Positions 36,998-47,566 of a stretch of 63,977 bases of DNA are shown one piece after another. Position 1 is the stretch's first letter. The number at the start of each line of letters is the position of its first letter. The stretch lies in NCBI GenBank assembly GCA_944387425.1, contig CALXEV010000004.1, forward strand, positions 1 to 63,977, given 5' to 3'. This DNA is from an uncultured Clostridia bacterium (GTDB lineage: Bacteria; Bacillota; Clostridia; TANB77; CAG-508). Below the pieces are notes generated by a model that was not told where the DNA came from, made no database searches, and saw nothing but the letters and a program-made list of their open reading frames with translations. The position numbers and the translations under genes were made by a program.

Positions 36998-38464
36998 TTA
37001 TTTGTTTATTATTTCATTTACTATTACTCTTTCGTCAAAAGGATATTTTTTACCATTTATTTCTTGATAAGGCTCATGTCCTTTTCCAGCAAGAACTATT
37101 ATATCTAATTTTGTAGCCATATCAATAGCTTCTTTAATAGCTGTTATTCTATCTACAACTACTTTGTATTTTCCTTTTGTCTTTTTAATTCCTTCTTCTA
37201 TGTCTTTTACAATTGCTTCTGGGTCTTCTGTACGTGGATTATCTGATGTAATAAATGTAAAATCAGCAATTCTTCCTGATATTTCTCCCATTATTGGTCT
37301 TTTTCCTTTGTCTCTATCTCCTCCACATCCAAATACAGAAATCACTTTTCCTCTTGTATAACTTTTTACTGCTGATAAGATGTTTTGTAAGCTTTCTGGT
37401 GAATGTGCATAATCTATCATTATAGGTATTTCTTTTTTATTTGGTACCATTTCTGATCTACCTGGTACTTTTATTTCAGCTAATGCTTCAATTACTTTAT
37501 CTGAAGGAATTCCTAATTTTTTAGCCACACAAATTGCAGCTAATGCATTATATACACTAAATCTTCCTGGAATATCTACTTTTACTCTTTCATTTCTATC
37601 AGATATTTTTACTCTAAAATCCACATATGAATTTGTTATTGTTATGTCTTTTGCTAGTACATCACAATAATTGTCTATACCATATGTCATTATATTATTG
37701 TTTGGAAATAGTTTTGGTATTTTTGCAACATGTAAATCATCTACATTTATTATTCCATTATCACACATCTCAAACAATTTTAATTTTGATTCAAAATAAT
37801 CTTTCATATCTGGATGTTCATTTGGACTGATATGGTCTTCAGAAAAGTTTGTAAATAAGACTATATCAAAATCACATCCATCTACTCTATGTAATTTTAA
37901 ACTTTGAGATGATACTTCCATAACAACATATTCTACACCTTCATCTACCATTTGTGCAAATATTTTTTGTAATTCTATACTTTCTGGTGTTGTCCTATTA
38001 CTTTCAAATAGCATTTTTCCATTTAAGTATGTTGCTATTGTACCAATTAGTCCAACTTTATGTCCTGCTTTTTCTAATATTTCTTTAATCATAAATGTTG
38101 TTGTTGTTTTTCCTTTTGTTCCTGTTACTCCTATTAATTTGAACTTCATTGATGGATTTCCATAATAATTACAGCTACATTTAGCTAATGCTTCTCTTGT
38201 GTCTTTATACATCACTAATGTTGTATCTGGTTTTAACTTAATGGATTTTAAGTCACAACCTTCTTGAACCATTATTACATTAGCTCCTGCTTCAATAGCA
38301 TTATTTATATAATCATGACCATCTGTGTTAAATCCTTTTATTGCAAAAAACATATATCCTGGTTTTATATTTTTAGAATTACTTTCTATTCCTTTTATAT
38401 CAATATCTAAAGTACCTTTTGCTTTTAATCCTTCAAGTCCTGCCAAAACTTTTTTTAGTTCCAT
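36998..38464 (-). CDS. murE: UDP-N-acetylmuramoyl-L-alanyl-D-glutamate--2,6-diaminopimelate ligase
   Basis: GVTGTKGKTTT P-loop and a DNPR motif (meso-DAP type). The start was set at the second ATG (38464), after a GGAGAG RBS; the track ORF starts at 38488. Confidence 0.9.
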   Translation of the reverse strand: MELKKVLAGLEGLKAKGTLDIDIKGIESNSKNIKPGYMFFAIKGFNTDGHDYINNAIEAGANVIMVQEGCDLKSIKLKPDTTLVMYKDTREALAKCSCNYYGNPSMKFKLIGVTGTKGKTTTTFMIKEILEKAGHKVGLIGTIATYLNGKMLFESNRTTPESIELQKIFAQMVDEGVEYVVMEVSSQSLKLHRVDGCDFDIVLFTNFSEDHISPNEHPDMKDYFESKLKLFEMCDNGIINVDDLHVAKIPKLFPNNNIMTYGIDNYCDVLAKDITITNSYVDFRVKISDRNERVKVDIPGRFSVYNALAAICVAKKLGIPSDKVIEALAEIKVPGRSEMVPNKKEIPIMIDYAHSPESLQNILSAVKSYTRGKVISVFGCGGDRDKGKRPIMGEISGRIADFTFITSDNPRTEDPEAIVKDIEEGIKKTKGKYKVVVDRITAIKEAIDMATKLDIIVLAGKGHEPYQEINGKKYPFDERVIVNEIINK

Positions 38465-38572
38465 AAATTGCTTCTCTCCTTTTAACATACTCTTATAATT
38501 CGTTTACATTATATAACTAAATTTGTTTTTTGTATAGTCTAAAAATAAATTTTTTTATATATACTTAACTAG

Positions 38573-38618
38573 AAAAAACAAACCACTTAATAATATTTAT
38601 TAAGTGATTTGTTTTTTT
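38573..38618 (-). terminator. long terminator hairpin after the 38633..39127 gene
   Basis: ~20-bp stem flanked by A/T runs. The single mismatch is a G-U pair only on the minus-strand RNA. Confidence 0.6.
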
Positions 38619-38632
38619 ATGATTTAATTAAT

Positions 38633-39127
38633 TTATTCTTCTTCAACAACTTTTGTTACAACAATTTTATTTACAAGATTTGTTGCAGAATCATATTCAC
38701 ATTTTACTTCATATGTGTCTGTTGCTGAAAGTAAGTCAACTATATTATTAATTTCAGCTTCTTCATATAATTTTCCATCAAATTCTATTAAAACTTTATT
38801 TTCACTTCCGCCATTTGACATTGTCACTTTATTAATCATTGAAGATAAATTTGCAGATCTTTTTCCAGTTCCTTCATATACAGTAAATTTTTCATTAAAT
38901 TCACTTTCTGGAGTTCCATCTTCAACTGTTGAATCTTCTGCTGTTGAGTCTTCATTTGTATCATCATCAATACTTGTATCTTCTATATTATCTTCTTCTA
39001 ATGTTGAAACTGTTGTATCTATTGTGTTATAATCAATTTCTTTTGGGTTGTATACTCTATATGCTAATATTCCTCCACATAATACTATTATTACAATTAA
39101 TACTATTATATATTTAATATCATCCAT
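38633..39127 (-). CDS. membrane-anchored hypothetical protein with acidic linker
   Basis: N-terminal TM segment, a D/E/T-rich stretch and a small C-terminal domain. No recognisable motif. Confidence 0.5.
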   Translation of the reverse strand: MDDIKYIIVLIVIIVLCGGILAYRVYNPKEIDYNTIDTTVSTLEEDNIEDTSIDDDTNEDSTAEDSTVEDGTPESEFNEKFTVYEGTGKRSANLSSMINKVTMSNGGSENKVLIEFDGKLYEEAEINNIVDLLSATDTYEVKCEYDSATNLVNKIVVTKVVEEE

Positions 39128-39203
39128 ATCTTTTTCCTCCGTTTTCTTAATTTTTTCCTTATATACTTTATATTATACACCCAAAAAGCTTTATTGTCAA
39201 TTT

Positions 39204-39638
39204 TTATAGATTTTCTGATAACATCCATAATTTTTTAGAGTAATTACATAAATAGTTGTCTATTATTGAAGATGTTTCATAATCTGTTTCTTTTTCTGCT
39301 ATATGTTTTATTTCTTTTGCTTTTTGTTGTAGGATTTTATAATCTTGTATTATATTATTTAAGATTTCTTGGTCACTTATTTTTTCATTTGCAGCTTCTT
39401 GAATTTGAGAATTTTGCATAAAATCTCTCATTGTTCCAAGTGGTTCAAATCCTTTGGTCAATATATGTTCAGCGATTTCGTCTATCTGTTCTCTAACTTC
39501 ATTATAATATTCTTCTAGTTTTTCATGAATAACAAAAAAGTTTCTTCCTCTTACATTCCAATGATAGTTTTGTAGTTTAACAGACATTACCTCTAAGTCA
39601 CTTAAAAATTCATTTAAGTTTTGAATAATTTCTTCCAT
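39204..39638 (-). CDS. dps: Dps-family ferritin-like DNA-protection protein
   Basis: KLQNYHWNVRGRNFFVIHEKLEEYY. Confidence 0.85.
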   Translation of the reverse strand: MEEIIQNLNEFLSDLEVMSVKLQNYHWNVRGRNFFVIHEKLEEYYNEVREQIDEIAEHILTKGFEPLGTMRDFMQNSQIQEAANEKISDQEILNNIIQDYKILQQKAKEIKHIAEKETDYETSSIIDNYLCNYSKKLWMLSENL

Positions 39639-39682
39639 AATCTACCTCTCTTTCAAGTAAATTATGTGTAATTTTAGTCTTT

Positions 39683-40621
39683 TTATTCAAATTTTTGTCC
39701 TATTTCTATTTTATTTCCTCTCAAGAAATCATTTGCATTCATTCTTTTAGCGTTTTCTCCTTGGATTTCTATTATTTTGAGAATTCCATCTTTTGCTTTT
39801 ATATATAACCCATCTTTATCATTTGCTTTAATTACTGTTCCATTTTCTTGATTTGAATTTGTATCTTCCTCAACTTCTACTTTCCAAAATTTAATTTTCT
39901 TACCATTTAAATATGAATATGCTCCCATTATTGGATTTAAGCCTCTTACAAGATTTTTTATTTGTTTCGCTGTTTTTTCTTGCCAATCTATTTTAGAGAT
40001 TTCTTTATTTAGCATTGGAGCCATTGTAAAATCATCACTTTGTTTAATTCTTGGTGCTGTTCCTTTTTCAATTTGGTCTAATGTTTTTACTAATAAATCA
40101 GCACCTATTATTGCTAATCTATCCCACAATTCTCCTGTAGTCTCATTTTCTCCTATTTCTACTTCTTGTTTTAAAATCATATCACCTGTATCCATTCCAA
40201 TATCCATATACATTGTTGTTACTCCTGTTGTTTTGTCTCCATTTAATACGGCCCATTGAATTGGTGCTGCTCCTCTATATTTAGGTAATAAAGAAGCATG
40301 TACATTAATACAGCCAAGCTTAGGAATTTCTAAAATCTCACTAGGTAAAATTTTTCCATATGCCACAACACATATAACATCTGGTTCTAGTTTTTTGATT
40401 TGCTCTATAAATTCGATATTTTTTCTTACCTTTTCTGGCTGAAATATGGTCAAGTTTTTACTTTTTGCATATTCTTTTACTGGAGATTCTACTAATTTCA
40501 TACCTCTACCTTTTGGCTTATCTATATTTGTAACAACCGCAAGAATTTCATGCCTTGCATTATATAGTGCTTCTAATGATTTTTGTGCAAAATCTGGTGT
40601 TCCCATAAATACTATTTTCAT
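39683..40621 (-). CDS. fmt: methionyl-tRNA formyltransferase
   Basis: MKIVFMGTPDFA and INVHASLLPKYRGAAPIQWA. Confidence 0.95.
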   Translation of the reverse strand: MKIVFMGTPDFAQKSLEALYNARHEILAVVTNIDKPKGRGMKLVESPVKEYAKSKNLTIFQPEKVRKNIEFIEQIKKLEPDVICVVAYGKILPSEILEIPKLGCINVHASLLPKYRGAAPIQWAVLNGDKTTGVTTMYMDIGMDTGDMILKQEVEIGENETTGELWDRLAIIGADLLVKTLDQIEKGTAPRIKQSDDFTMAPMLNKEISKIDWQEKTAKQIKNLVRGLNPIMGAYSYLNGKKIKFWKVEVEEDTNSNQENGTVIKANDKDGLYIKAKDGILKIIEIQGENAKRMNANDFLRGNKIEIGQKFE

Positions 40622-40635
40622 TTTAAGTTCCTCCT

Positions 40636-41502
40636 TTATCTATTTGAAGTAATAGCTTTTGCAATATTAGCAAAATCTTGTATCGAAAGTTCTTCTGCTC
40701 TAATATTTTCATTTAGATTTAATTTTTTCAAAATATTTAAACCTTCATTTTTATTAATAAAAACTTTTGTGTTTGTTAGTGCATTTAATAATGTTTTTCT
40801 TCTCTGCATAAATGCACTTTTTATAATCATAAACATTATTTTTGGTTCTTGTGTTTTTACTGCCGGTTCTTTTCTTAAATTCATTTTTATAACTTCTGAT
40901 GTTACATCAGGTTCTGGAATAAATGAATTGTTTGGAACTTCTATAATTTTTTCTGATTCACAATAATAGTATACAGTATATGTTATTGCTCCAGTATTTT
41001 TCCCTCCAGGTATTTCTATTAGTCTGTCTGCAACTTCTTTTTGTATCATTACTGTTATACTTTCTATATCAAGTTTTTCTTCCAACAATTTCATAATAAT
41101 TGGTGTAGTTATATAATATGGTAAATTTGCCACTATTTTTACATTAGCAATTTGTTCTGTTTTTTTATTATCTTCAATTATTTTTTTTAGATTTACTTTT
41201 AAAATATCTTCATTGATTAATTCGAAATTATTGTAATCTGAAAATCTATCATTTAAAATTTTAATCATTTTTTTGTCTAACTCTACACATAAGACTTTTT
41301 TTGCTTTTTGTAATAAAAATCTTGTTAGAGTTCCTAATCCTGGTCCAATTTCTATAACCATATCATTTTCTTTTATATCACTTGCATTTATTATTTTTTC
41401 TACAACTTCATTACTAATTAAGAAATTTTGACCAAGACTTTTGTTTGCTCTAATTCCATATTTTTTCATTATGCTTTTTGTTTCTTCTAATATATTTTCC
41501 AT
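40636..41502 (-). CDS. rsmA: 16S rRNA (adenine1518/1519-N6)-dimethyltransferase
   Basis: KSLGQNFL, EIGPGLGTLT and NLPYYITTPI. The start is uncertain (ATG at 41502 or GTG at 41517). Confidence 0.9.
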   Translation of the reverse strand: MENILEETKSIMKKYGIRANKSLGQNFLISNEVVEKIINASDIKENDMVIEIGPGLGTLTRFLLQKAKKVLCVELDKKMIKILNDRFSDYNNFELINEDILKVNLKKIIEDNKKTEQIANVKIVANLPYYITTPIIMKLLEEKLDIESITVMIQKEVADRLIEIPGGKNTGAITYTVYYYCESEKIIEVPNNSFIPEPDVTSEVIKMNLRKEPAVKTQEPKIMFMIIKSAFMQRRKTLLNALTNTKVFINKNEGLNILKKLNLNENIRAEELSIQDFANIAKAITSNR

Positions 41503-41600
41503 ATTTTTTCCTTGCACATAATATTTAGGTTTTTAGTAGTTTTACCTATAAACTCTACTTTTTTATTATAATTGTTTTTTATGTGTTTTTCAAGCTTTTT

Positions 41601-41930
41601 TTACATGATTGATTTAATATGATTAATATAATACTTTTCGTTTTTTATTAATATTTCTATTACATCAAATCTAATTTCTTTTCCATATAAATGTTCTAAT
41701 TGTAAAAAGATTTTTGCAGAAGTTTTTATATGTTGTTTTTTATCAAAATTTACGGCCATTGCAGGTGTCCCATAATGGTTGTTTGTTCTAGTTTTTACTT
41801 CTACAAATATGATGCATTTATTATACTGTGCTATAATATCTATTTCTCCTCTTCTAGTATAATAATTTGTTTTTAAAATTTTATATCCTTTTTTTTGTAA
41901 ATAATCTTGTGCTATTTTTTCTCCTATCAT
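41601..41930 (-). CDS. yraN: YraN-family (UPF0102) endonuclease-like protein
   Basis: GEKIAQDYLQKKGYKILKTNYYTRRGEIDIIA...IFVEVKTR. Confidence 0.8.
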   Translation of the reverse strand: MIGEKIAQDYLQKKGYKILKTNYYTRRGEIDIIAQYNKCIIFVEVKTRTNNHYGTPAMAVNFDKKQHIKTSAKIFLQLEHLYGKEIRFDVIEILIKNEKYYINHIKSIM

Positions 41931-41947
41931 TCCAAATTTTCTTTTAT

Positions 41948-42820
41948 TTATATATAATCACCACTTTCGTTTCTTATATATCTTTGCCCCGGAAGTTCTG
42001 TTATCAAGTTTTCTAATTGTAAAAGCATAAGCTTATAACTTACTTCACTTATTGATAAACCACACTTTCTAGCTATTTTATTTATATCTTGCGGAATATC
42101 TTCTATTACATTATAAACATCTTCTAGTTCTTCTGGTATATTTTCTATCTGTTCTTTTTTATGAATTTTTTCAAATTTTATATTAGGATAGCTATTTAAT
42201 ATATCATCTATTTTTGTTACAAGTTTACTTCCATTTTGGATTAACTTATTAGTAGTAATTCCTTTTGGATTTTCCAAACTGCTTGGAATACAGAAAGTTG
42301 TTTTTCCTTGTTCAGTTGTTAGTCTTGCTGTAACACTTGTTCCGCTTCTATGACCTGCTTCTACTACTAAAGTTCCAATAGCAAGTCCTGCAACAATTCT
42401 GTTTCTTTCAAGAAAACTTTTCGAAGATGCTTTCACATTTTCCTCATACTCTGAAACAATAGCACCTCCATGTTCTATAATTTTTTGAGCAAGTTCATTA
42501 TGTTGTTTTGGATAAATATTATTTAATCCTGAAGGCAAAACCGCAATTGTTTTTCCTAGATTTTCTAATGCAGTAATATGTGCTATTTTATCAATCCCAA
42601 ATGCTAAACCACTTATAATATTTATATTATAGTCAACCAAATCTTTTACAAATCTTTTACACATTCTTTCACCATATTGTGTATTATTTCTAGAGCCGAT
42701 TACAGCAATCCCAGTTTCACTTAAAATATTCGGATTACCCATTACAAATAATCTTGTAGGCGGATTATCTATGCTCCTAAGAAGCTTTGGATACAATTCA
42801 TCATAATATTCAATAATCAC
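41948..42820 (-). CDS. dprA: DNA processing protein DprA (Smf)
   Basis: IAVIGSRNNTQYGE...SGLAFGIDKIAH...GHRSGTSVTA. GTG start after an AGGAGG RBS. Confidence 0.88.
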   Translation of the reverse strand: MIIEYYDELYPKLLRSIDNPPTRLFVMGNPNILSETGIAVIGSRNNTQYGERMCKRFVKDLVDYNINIISGLAFGIDKIAHITALENLGKTIAVLPSGLNNIYPKQHNELAQKIIEHGGAIVSEYEENVKASSKSFLERNRIVAGLAIGTLVVEAGHRSGTSVTARLTTEQGKTTFCIPSSLENPKGITTNKLIQNGSKLVTKIDDILNSYPNIKFEKIHKKEQIENIPEELEDVYNVIEDIPQDINKIARKCGLSISEVSYKLMLLQLENLITELPGQRYIRNESGDYI

Positions 42821-42838
42821 ATTTCCTCCTTTTTTATA

Positions 42839-42922
42839 AGATTACCAATTAATATTTCACTGTCAAAGACCCTTACGAAGCCCCCAGCTATGTTTTTGAC
42901 AAGAAATATTAATTGGTAATCT
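42839..42922 (+). repeat. family-2 structured hairpin element, copy 3
   Basis: Perfect 20-bp arms AGATTACCAATTAATATTTC / GAAATATTAATTGGTAATCT around the core TGTCAAAGACCCTTACGAAGCCCCCAGCTATGTTTTTGACA. The right arm overlaps the comM stop codon. Confidence 0.85.
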
Positions 42923-44445
42923 ATATAAATTTATCTAAGCTTCTATATTGAATTGCTTCTGCGATATGTTTATAATTAATACATTTTTCTCCATCTAAAT
43001 CAGCAATAGTTCTAGCCACTTTTAAGATTCTTTCATGAGCTCTTACACTCAGTTTTAGCTTAATAAATGCTTGTTCCAATAACATTTCTCCTCTTTTATC
43101 TAATATGCAAAATTGTGCCATTAAACGTGAATTAAGCTGAGCATTTGAATAAATTCCAAACTTTTTATATCTTTCAACCTGTATATTTCTTGCATTGTTT
43201 ACCCTTTTTCTAATATCTAGAGATGTTTCATTTTTATTTTTAGACATTATCTTTTCATACTTAGGTCTTTTTACTTCTATTTGTATATCAATTCTATCTA
43301 ATAATGGTCCACTTATCTTTTTTAAATATTTATGTATTTCTTGTTCAGTACATTTACATTCTTTTTCTTCATCCCCTAAATATCCACAAGGACATGGGTT
43401 TGTACTTGCTATAAGCATAAAATTACATGGAAATCTATAGTTTCCATTCAATCTATTTATTGTAATTTCTTTTTCTTCTAAAGGTTCTCTTAAAGCTTCT
43501 AATGTACTTCTACCATATTCTGCAAGTTCATCTAAAAATAACACTCCATTATGTGCCAAACTTATTTCTCCTGGTTTTGGAATTTTTCCTCCACCTATTA
43601 TTGTATTTATTGGAACAGAATGGTGTGGCATCCTAAATGGTCTATTCATTATTAATCCATCTCTTTTTAATTCTCCAGCAATACTATGAATTTTAGTAAT
43701 TTCCATTGCTTCTTCCATTGTAAGGTCAGGTAATATTGTTATTAGTCTTTTGGCAAGCATTGTTTTCCCGAGAACCTGGACTGCCAATCAAAAGACAGTT
43801 ATGTCCTCCAGCAGCAACTATTTCTAATGCTCTTTTTACATTTTCTTGTCCTTTAACTTCTGAAAAATCTATATCATATTTTTCATTAAATATAATTTCA
43901 TGTGAATTATAACTTTTTATAAATTTATTTCCATTTAAATGGTCTATTATTTCTATAATATCATTTGCTGGTATAATATTTAATTCTTTTATTATTGAGG
44001 CTTCATTTGCATTTGCTCTAGGTAATATGACGTTCTTTATTCCCAATTCTTTTGCTTCCATACACATTGGTAAGACCCCCTCTACTCTATTTAGCTTTCC
44101 ATCAAGAGATAGTTCACCTATAAAGATTGTATTTGCTAATTGCCCTTGTTCAATTTGAATAAAATTATTCATTGCTAGTAATATTCCTATTGCCATTGCA
44201 ACATCAAAACTACTCCCACCTTTTTTTATATCTGCAGGTGCTAAATTTATCAATATTTTTTTATTAGGAAATTCTATTCCAGAATTTCTAATTGCTGATT
44301 TAATTCGCTTTTTTGATTCTTTAACACTTATGTCTGGTAATCCAACTATATCCATTTCTGGCAATCCATTACTAATGTCTGTTTGGATTTCAATCAAATT
44401 ACCTTCTAGTCCACTTAATGCTATTGATTTTATTTTTGATAACAT
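42921..44445 (-). pseudogene. comM: comM / yifB Mg-chelatase-like ATPase, interrupted by a +1 frameshift inside the Walker A motif
   Basis: Two overlapping ORFs (43726..44445 for the N-terminal part, 42921..43787 for the C-terminal part). The N-frame reads [15 protein letters not shown] and the other frame reads GKTMLAKRL. Removing one base near 43770 restores [13 protein letters not shown]. Confidence 0.8.
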
Positions 44446-44547
44446 AGTCCTCCTTTCTTGAACAAATTGTGAATTTTTTGATTTTTATTGCTTTTTTTAC
44501 ACATTTATTATAAAATTATTTATATTTAACAAAAGAATGGTGATTTT

Positions 44548-46404
44548 ATGAATAAAAGAAAAAATAATAATAGTGATATAAACGTTCCAAATACAATAAA
44601 ACCTTTTAAAGTAAAATTTGTTTTGGTTTTTACTTTAATTATTATACTTTCATTAATAGCTCGTATTTTCTATTTACAAATTATTGACGGTCCTCGTCTT
44701 CAAGCATCTGCTACTTCTCAACAAACTTTAACAGAAACACTTTCTGCTAAAAGAGGTAATATTTATTCATCTGATGGCCAAGCATTAGCAATGAGTTATG
44801 AATCAGATAAAGTTTATGTTGACCCAACAGAAATAGCTATAGAAAATAGAGAAATTGTAGCAAAGGGATTAGCTGATAATTTAGGAATAGATTATGCCCA
44901 ATTATTAGATAAAATAAATACTTCTACTAGTAGAATTCTTGTTGAAGCTGATGTTGAACAAGATAAGATAACAAAAATTGAAGAATGGAAAAGTAATTTA
45001 AAGTTCAAAACAGGAATCACAATTGAAGACTCAACCTCAAGATATTACCCACATGGAACTTTAGCATCAACTGTACTTGGATTTACTGGTTCTGATAATC
45101 AAGGATTATATGGAATTGAATTTTCATGGGATTCTTTTTTAAGTGGTACTGCTGGAAAATCAGTAAGTTTAAAAGATGCAAGTCAATCTGAAATAGCAAA
45201 CTCTGAAAACACATATATTGCAGCTGAAAATGGTTATGATTTAACATTAACTATTGATTCTAATATACAAGGAATTGTTGAAAAACATTTAGCAGAAGCT
45301 GTTGATACATATTTATGTGACAGCGGAATTGCAATCGCCATGAATCCTACAAACGGAAAAATTTTAGCTATGGCAGATTACCCTAGTTATGATAGCAATA
45401 ACCCAAATACTCCAAATTCAAAATTAGCAGAAACATGGGATACTTTATCAACTGAAGACAAATCAAATGCTCTTTTTAGAATGTGGACACCTAAAGCTAT
45501 AAATGATACTTATGAACCTGGTTCTGTATTTAAATTAATTACAGCTTCTATTGCTTTAGAGGAAAACTTGATTGAAACAGATGTCGAAAAAAGTTTTAAT
45601 TGTACAGGATATTATTATATACAAGGAGAAGATAAACCAATAAGATGTTGGAAATATTATGACCCACATGGTGAACAAACATTGAGGCAGGCTTTAGAAC
45701 ATTCTTGTAATCCTGCATTTATGGAATTAGGGTTACGTATTGGAAAAGAAACTTCTTACAAATATTATGATGCTTTTGGATTATTCGATAAAACAGGAAT
45801 ATCACTTTCTGGTGAAGCAAATAGTATATTCTATGATATAAATAAAATGGGAGATCACGAACTTGCTTGTATGTCTTTTGGAGAACGTTTTACAATTACT
45901 CCTATTCAAATGATTACAGCTGCTTCAGCTATAGCAAATGATGGTATATTAGTTAAACCTCAAATAGTAGAAAAAATGACTAATACAGATACTGGTGAAG
46001 TTACAGAATTTAAAACAGAAGAAGTAAGACAAGTTATTTCAAAAGAAACAGCTGATAAAGTTACTTCTATGATGGAATCTGTTGTTACAGAAGGTTCTGG
46101 TCAAAGAGCTATTGTTCAAGGTTATTCAATTGGTGGAAAAACAGGTACTTCTGAACCAAGAGAAAATGTTGATGAAGGATATACAGCTTCATTTTTAGCA
46201 ATCTCACCTGTTGAAAATACTCAAATAGTTTTACTTGTTATTTTAAAAAATCCTGGTCCTGGAGTTAATCATAATGGAGGTGTTATTGCAGCACCAACAG
46301 CTAGTAAAATGCTTGCTGAAATATTACCTTATATGGGTGTAGAATCAGGAAATAACAATACTACAACTAATGCAAATAATTTATCTGAAGAAGATTTATA
46401 TTAA
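44548..46404 (+). CDS. class B penicillin-binding protein (FtsI/SpoVD-like transpeptidase)
   Basis: N-terminal TM segment, dimerisation domain, and SVFK, SCN and KTGT motifs. Confidence 0.9.
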   Translation: MNKRKNNNSDINVPNTIKPFKVKFVLVFTLIIILSLIARIFYLQIIDGPRLQASATSQQTLTETLSAKRGNIYSSDGQALAMSYESDKVYVDPTEIAIENREIVAKGLADNLGIDYAQLLDKINTSTSRILVEADVEQDKITKIEEWKSNLKFKTGITIEDSTSRYYPHGTLASTVLGFTGSDNQGLYGIEFSWDSFLSGTAGKSVSLKDASQSEIANSENTYIAAENGYDLTLTIDSNIQGIVEKHLAEAVDTYLCDSGIAIAMNPTNGKILAMADYPSYDSNNPNTPNSKLAETWDTLSTEDKSNALFRMWTPKAINDTYEPGSVFKLITASIALEENLIETDVEKSFNCTGYYYIQGEDKPIRCWKYYDPHGEQTLRQALEHSCNPAFMELGLRIGKETSYKYYDAFGLFDKTGISLSGEANSIFYDINKMGDHELACMSFGERFTITPIQMITAASAIANDGILVKPQIVEKMTNTDTGEVTEFKTEEVRQVISKETADKVTSMMESVVTEGSGQRAIVQGYSIGGKTGTSEPRENVDEGYTASFLAISPVENTQIVLLVILKNPGPGVNHNGGVIAAPTASKMLAEILPYMGVESGNNNTTTNANNLSEEDLY

Positions 46405-46409
46405 AACAA

Positions 46410-46441
46410 AGATGCACTTTTATTAGTGCATCTCTTTTTTA
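46410..46441 (+). terminator. terminator after the PBP gene (overlaps the 3' end of the convergent gene)
   Basis: AGATGCACT / AGTGCATCT stem followed by CTTTTTT. Confidence 0.6.
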
Positions 46442-46677
46442 TACTGTTCTAATGCTTTTGCAACCTGATCAGGACATGAAGTTCCTTTTATTCCACATGG
46501 AATTCCTTTAAGCATTTCTATAACCTCATCTACAGTTCTGTTTTCTACTAATCTAGACACACCTACTGTATTACCTGGACATCCACCAATAATTTGTAAT
46601 TTTTTTACTATATTATCTTCTATTTCAAATATCATTTTTATTGAACAAACTCCTTGTGGAGTATATGTATATTGCAT
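46423..46677 (-). CDS. TSCPD-domain small protein (four-Cys family)
   Basis: GGCPGNTVGVSRL ... GTSCPDQVAKAL. Confidence 0.65.
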   Translation of the reverse strand: MQYTYTPQGVCSIKMIFEIEDNIVKKLQIIGGCPGNTVGVSRLVENRTVDEVIEMLKGIPCGIKGTSCPDQVAKALEQYKKEMH

Positions 46678-46732
46678 TTCTACCTCTCCTTTCGTGTAAC
46701 TACTTATATTATATTAAATCTTAAGATAAAAA

Positions 46733-47341
46733 TCAATGCACATTTTTTCTTTTCATTTTTATTCCAACTAATAAGACATCATCTTCATCTTCTGAAAAAT
46801 ATTTGTTTAAATTGCCATAATAATTTAAATTATCTTTAATATATTTCTGTATTTCTAAAAAATTAACTTCTGTTCCTGTTTCTAGTATTCCGCTCTTATT
46901 ATTTTCTATCTCTAAAAATATGTTTTGATAATATTTCTTTTTATTTAATTCAGAAATTAATACTTTGTTAATAACCATTCCTATATCGTCATTTTCTTTG
47001 TTTTTTTCTAATTCTTCTTCATAAATTGTGCACCAATAACAAAATATAGATTCTTTTATTTTTGTATTTTTGACCATTTTTAAGTACATTTCCACAGTTT
47101 CGTTTGTGTATAATGTAGCCTTAACTTTCACTAATTCAAATTCGTATTCAGATATATTATCTAATTTTAATTTTTTGTCATATGCTATCTCTTTTATTTT
47201 CAAATTTAAAACTTTTTTAAAAATCTCTTTTAACTGAGTTCTGTCTTCACTTTCAATTAAATGCTTTATTTTTTCTAATTTAATTTCATAATTTTCTATA
47301 TGAATTCCTCCTTTATTTCGACTTTGCATATATTTTATCAT
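46733..47341 (-). CDS. hypothetical protein, possibly a degenerate PD-(D/E)XK Rpn/YhgA-like fold
   Basis: Weak pattern similarity only (VEMYLKM..KESIFCYWCTIYEEEL..VNFLEIQKY). The canonical D and E-x-Q residues are not conserved. Confidence 0.3.
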   Translation of the reverse strand: MIKYMQSRNKGGIHIENYEIKLEKIKHLIESEDRTQLKEIFKKVLNLKIKEIAYDKKLKLDNISEYEFELVKVKATLYTNETVEMYLKMVKNTKIKESIFCYWCTIYEEELEKNKENDDIGMVINKVLISELNKKKYYQNIFLEIENNKSGILETGTEVNFLEIQKYIKDNLNYYGNLNKYFSEDEDDVLLVGIKMKRKNVH

Positions 47342-47519
47342 ATTAGTTTTATTATAATTTAGAATAAATAATATTTTTTGATAAAAATATTTGATTTAAA
47401 AAATTTTAGAAAAAAGTTTTAGAAAAATTATATAATACCTAAAGTATATTTTCTTTGCTAAATTTTGTCAAGTATTTTTCGCCTTTTTATTATTTTTTTT
47501 CGTTGACATTTTTCGACAC

Positions 47520-47556
47520 ACAAAAATACATACAGCATTAACTAACTGTATGTATT
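47520..47556 (-). terminator. terminator after the response regulator gene
   Basis: ATACATACAG / CTGTATGTAT stem followed by TTTTTG on the minus strand. Confidence 0.65.
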
Positions 47557-47566
47557 TCTCTCTATA

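Noticed and set aside
40861-40875. A family 1 B-like match (TGCCGGTTCTTTTCT, the reverse complement of AGAAAAGAACCGGCA) inside rsmA.
   Set aside because: It lies in frame within conserved coding sequence (LRKEPAV), has no flanking TGGCAA-type stem and has the opposite orientation. It is most likely a chance 13-mer.
43726-43787. Programmed ribosomal frameshifting in comM.
   Set aside because: There is no slippery heptamer or stimulatory structure at the shift site (GGTTCTCGGGAAAAC). A mutation or a sequencing error is simpler.
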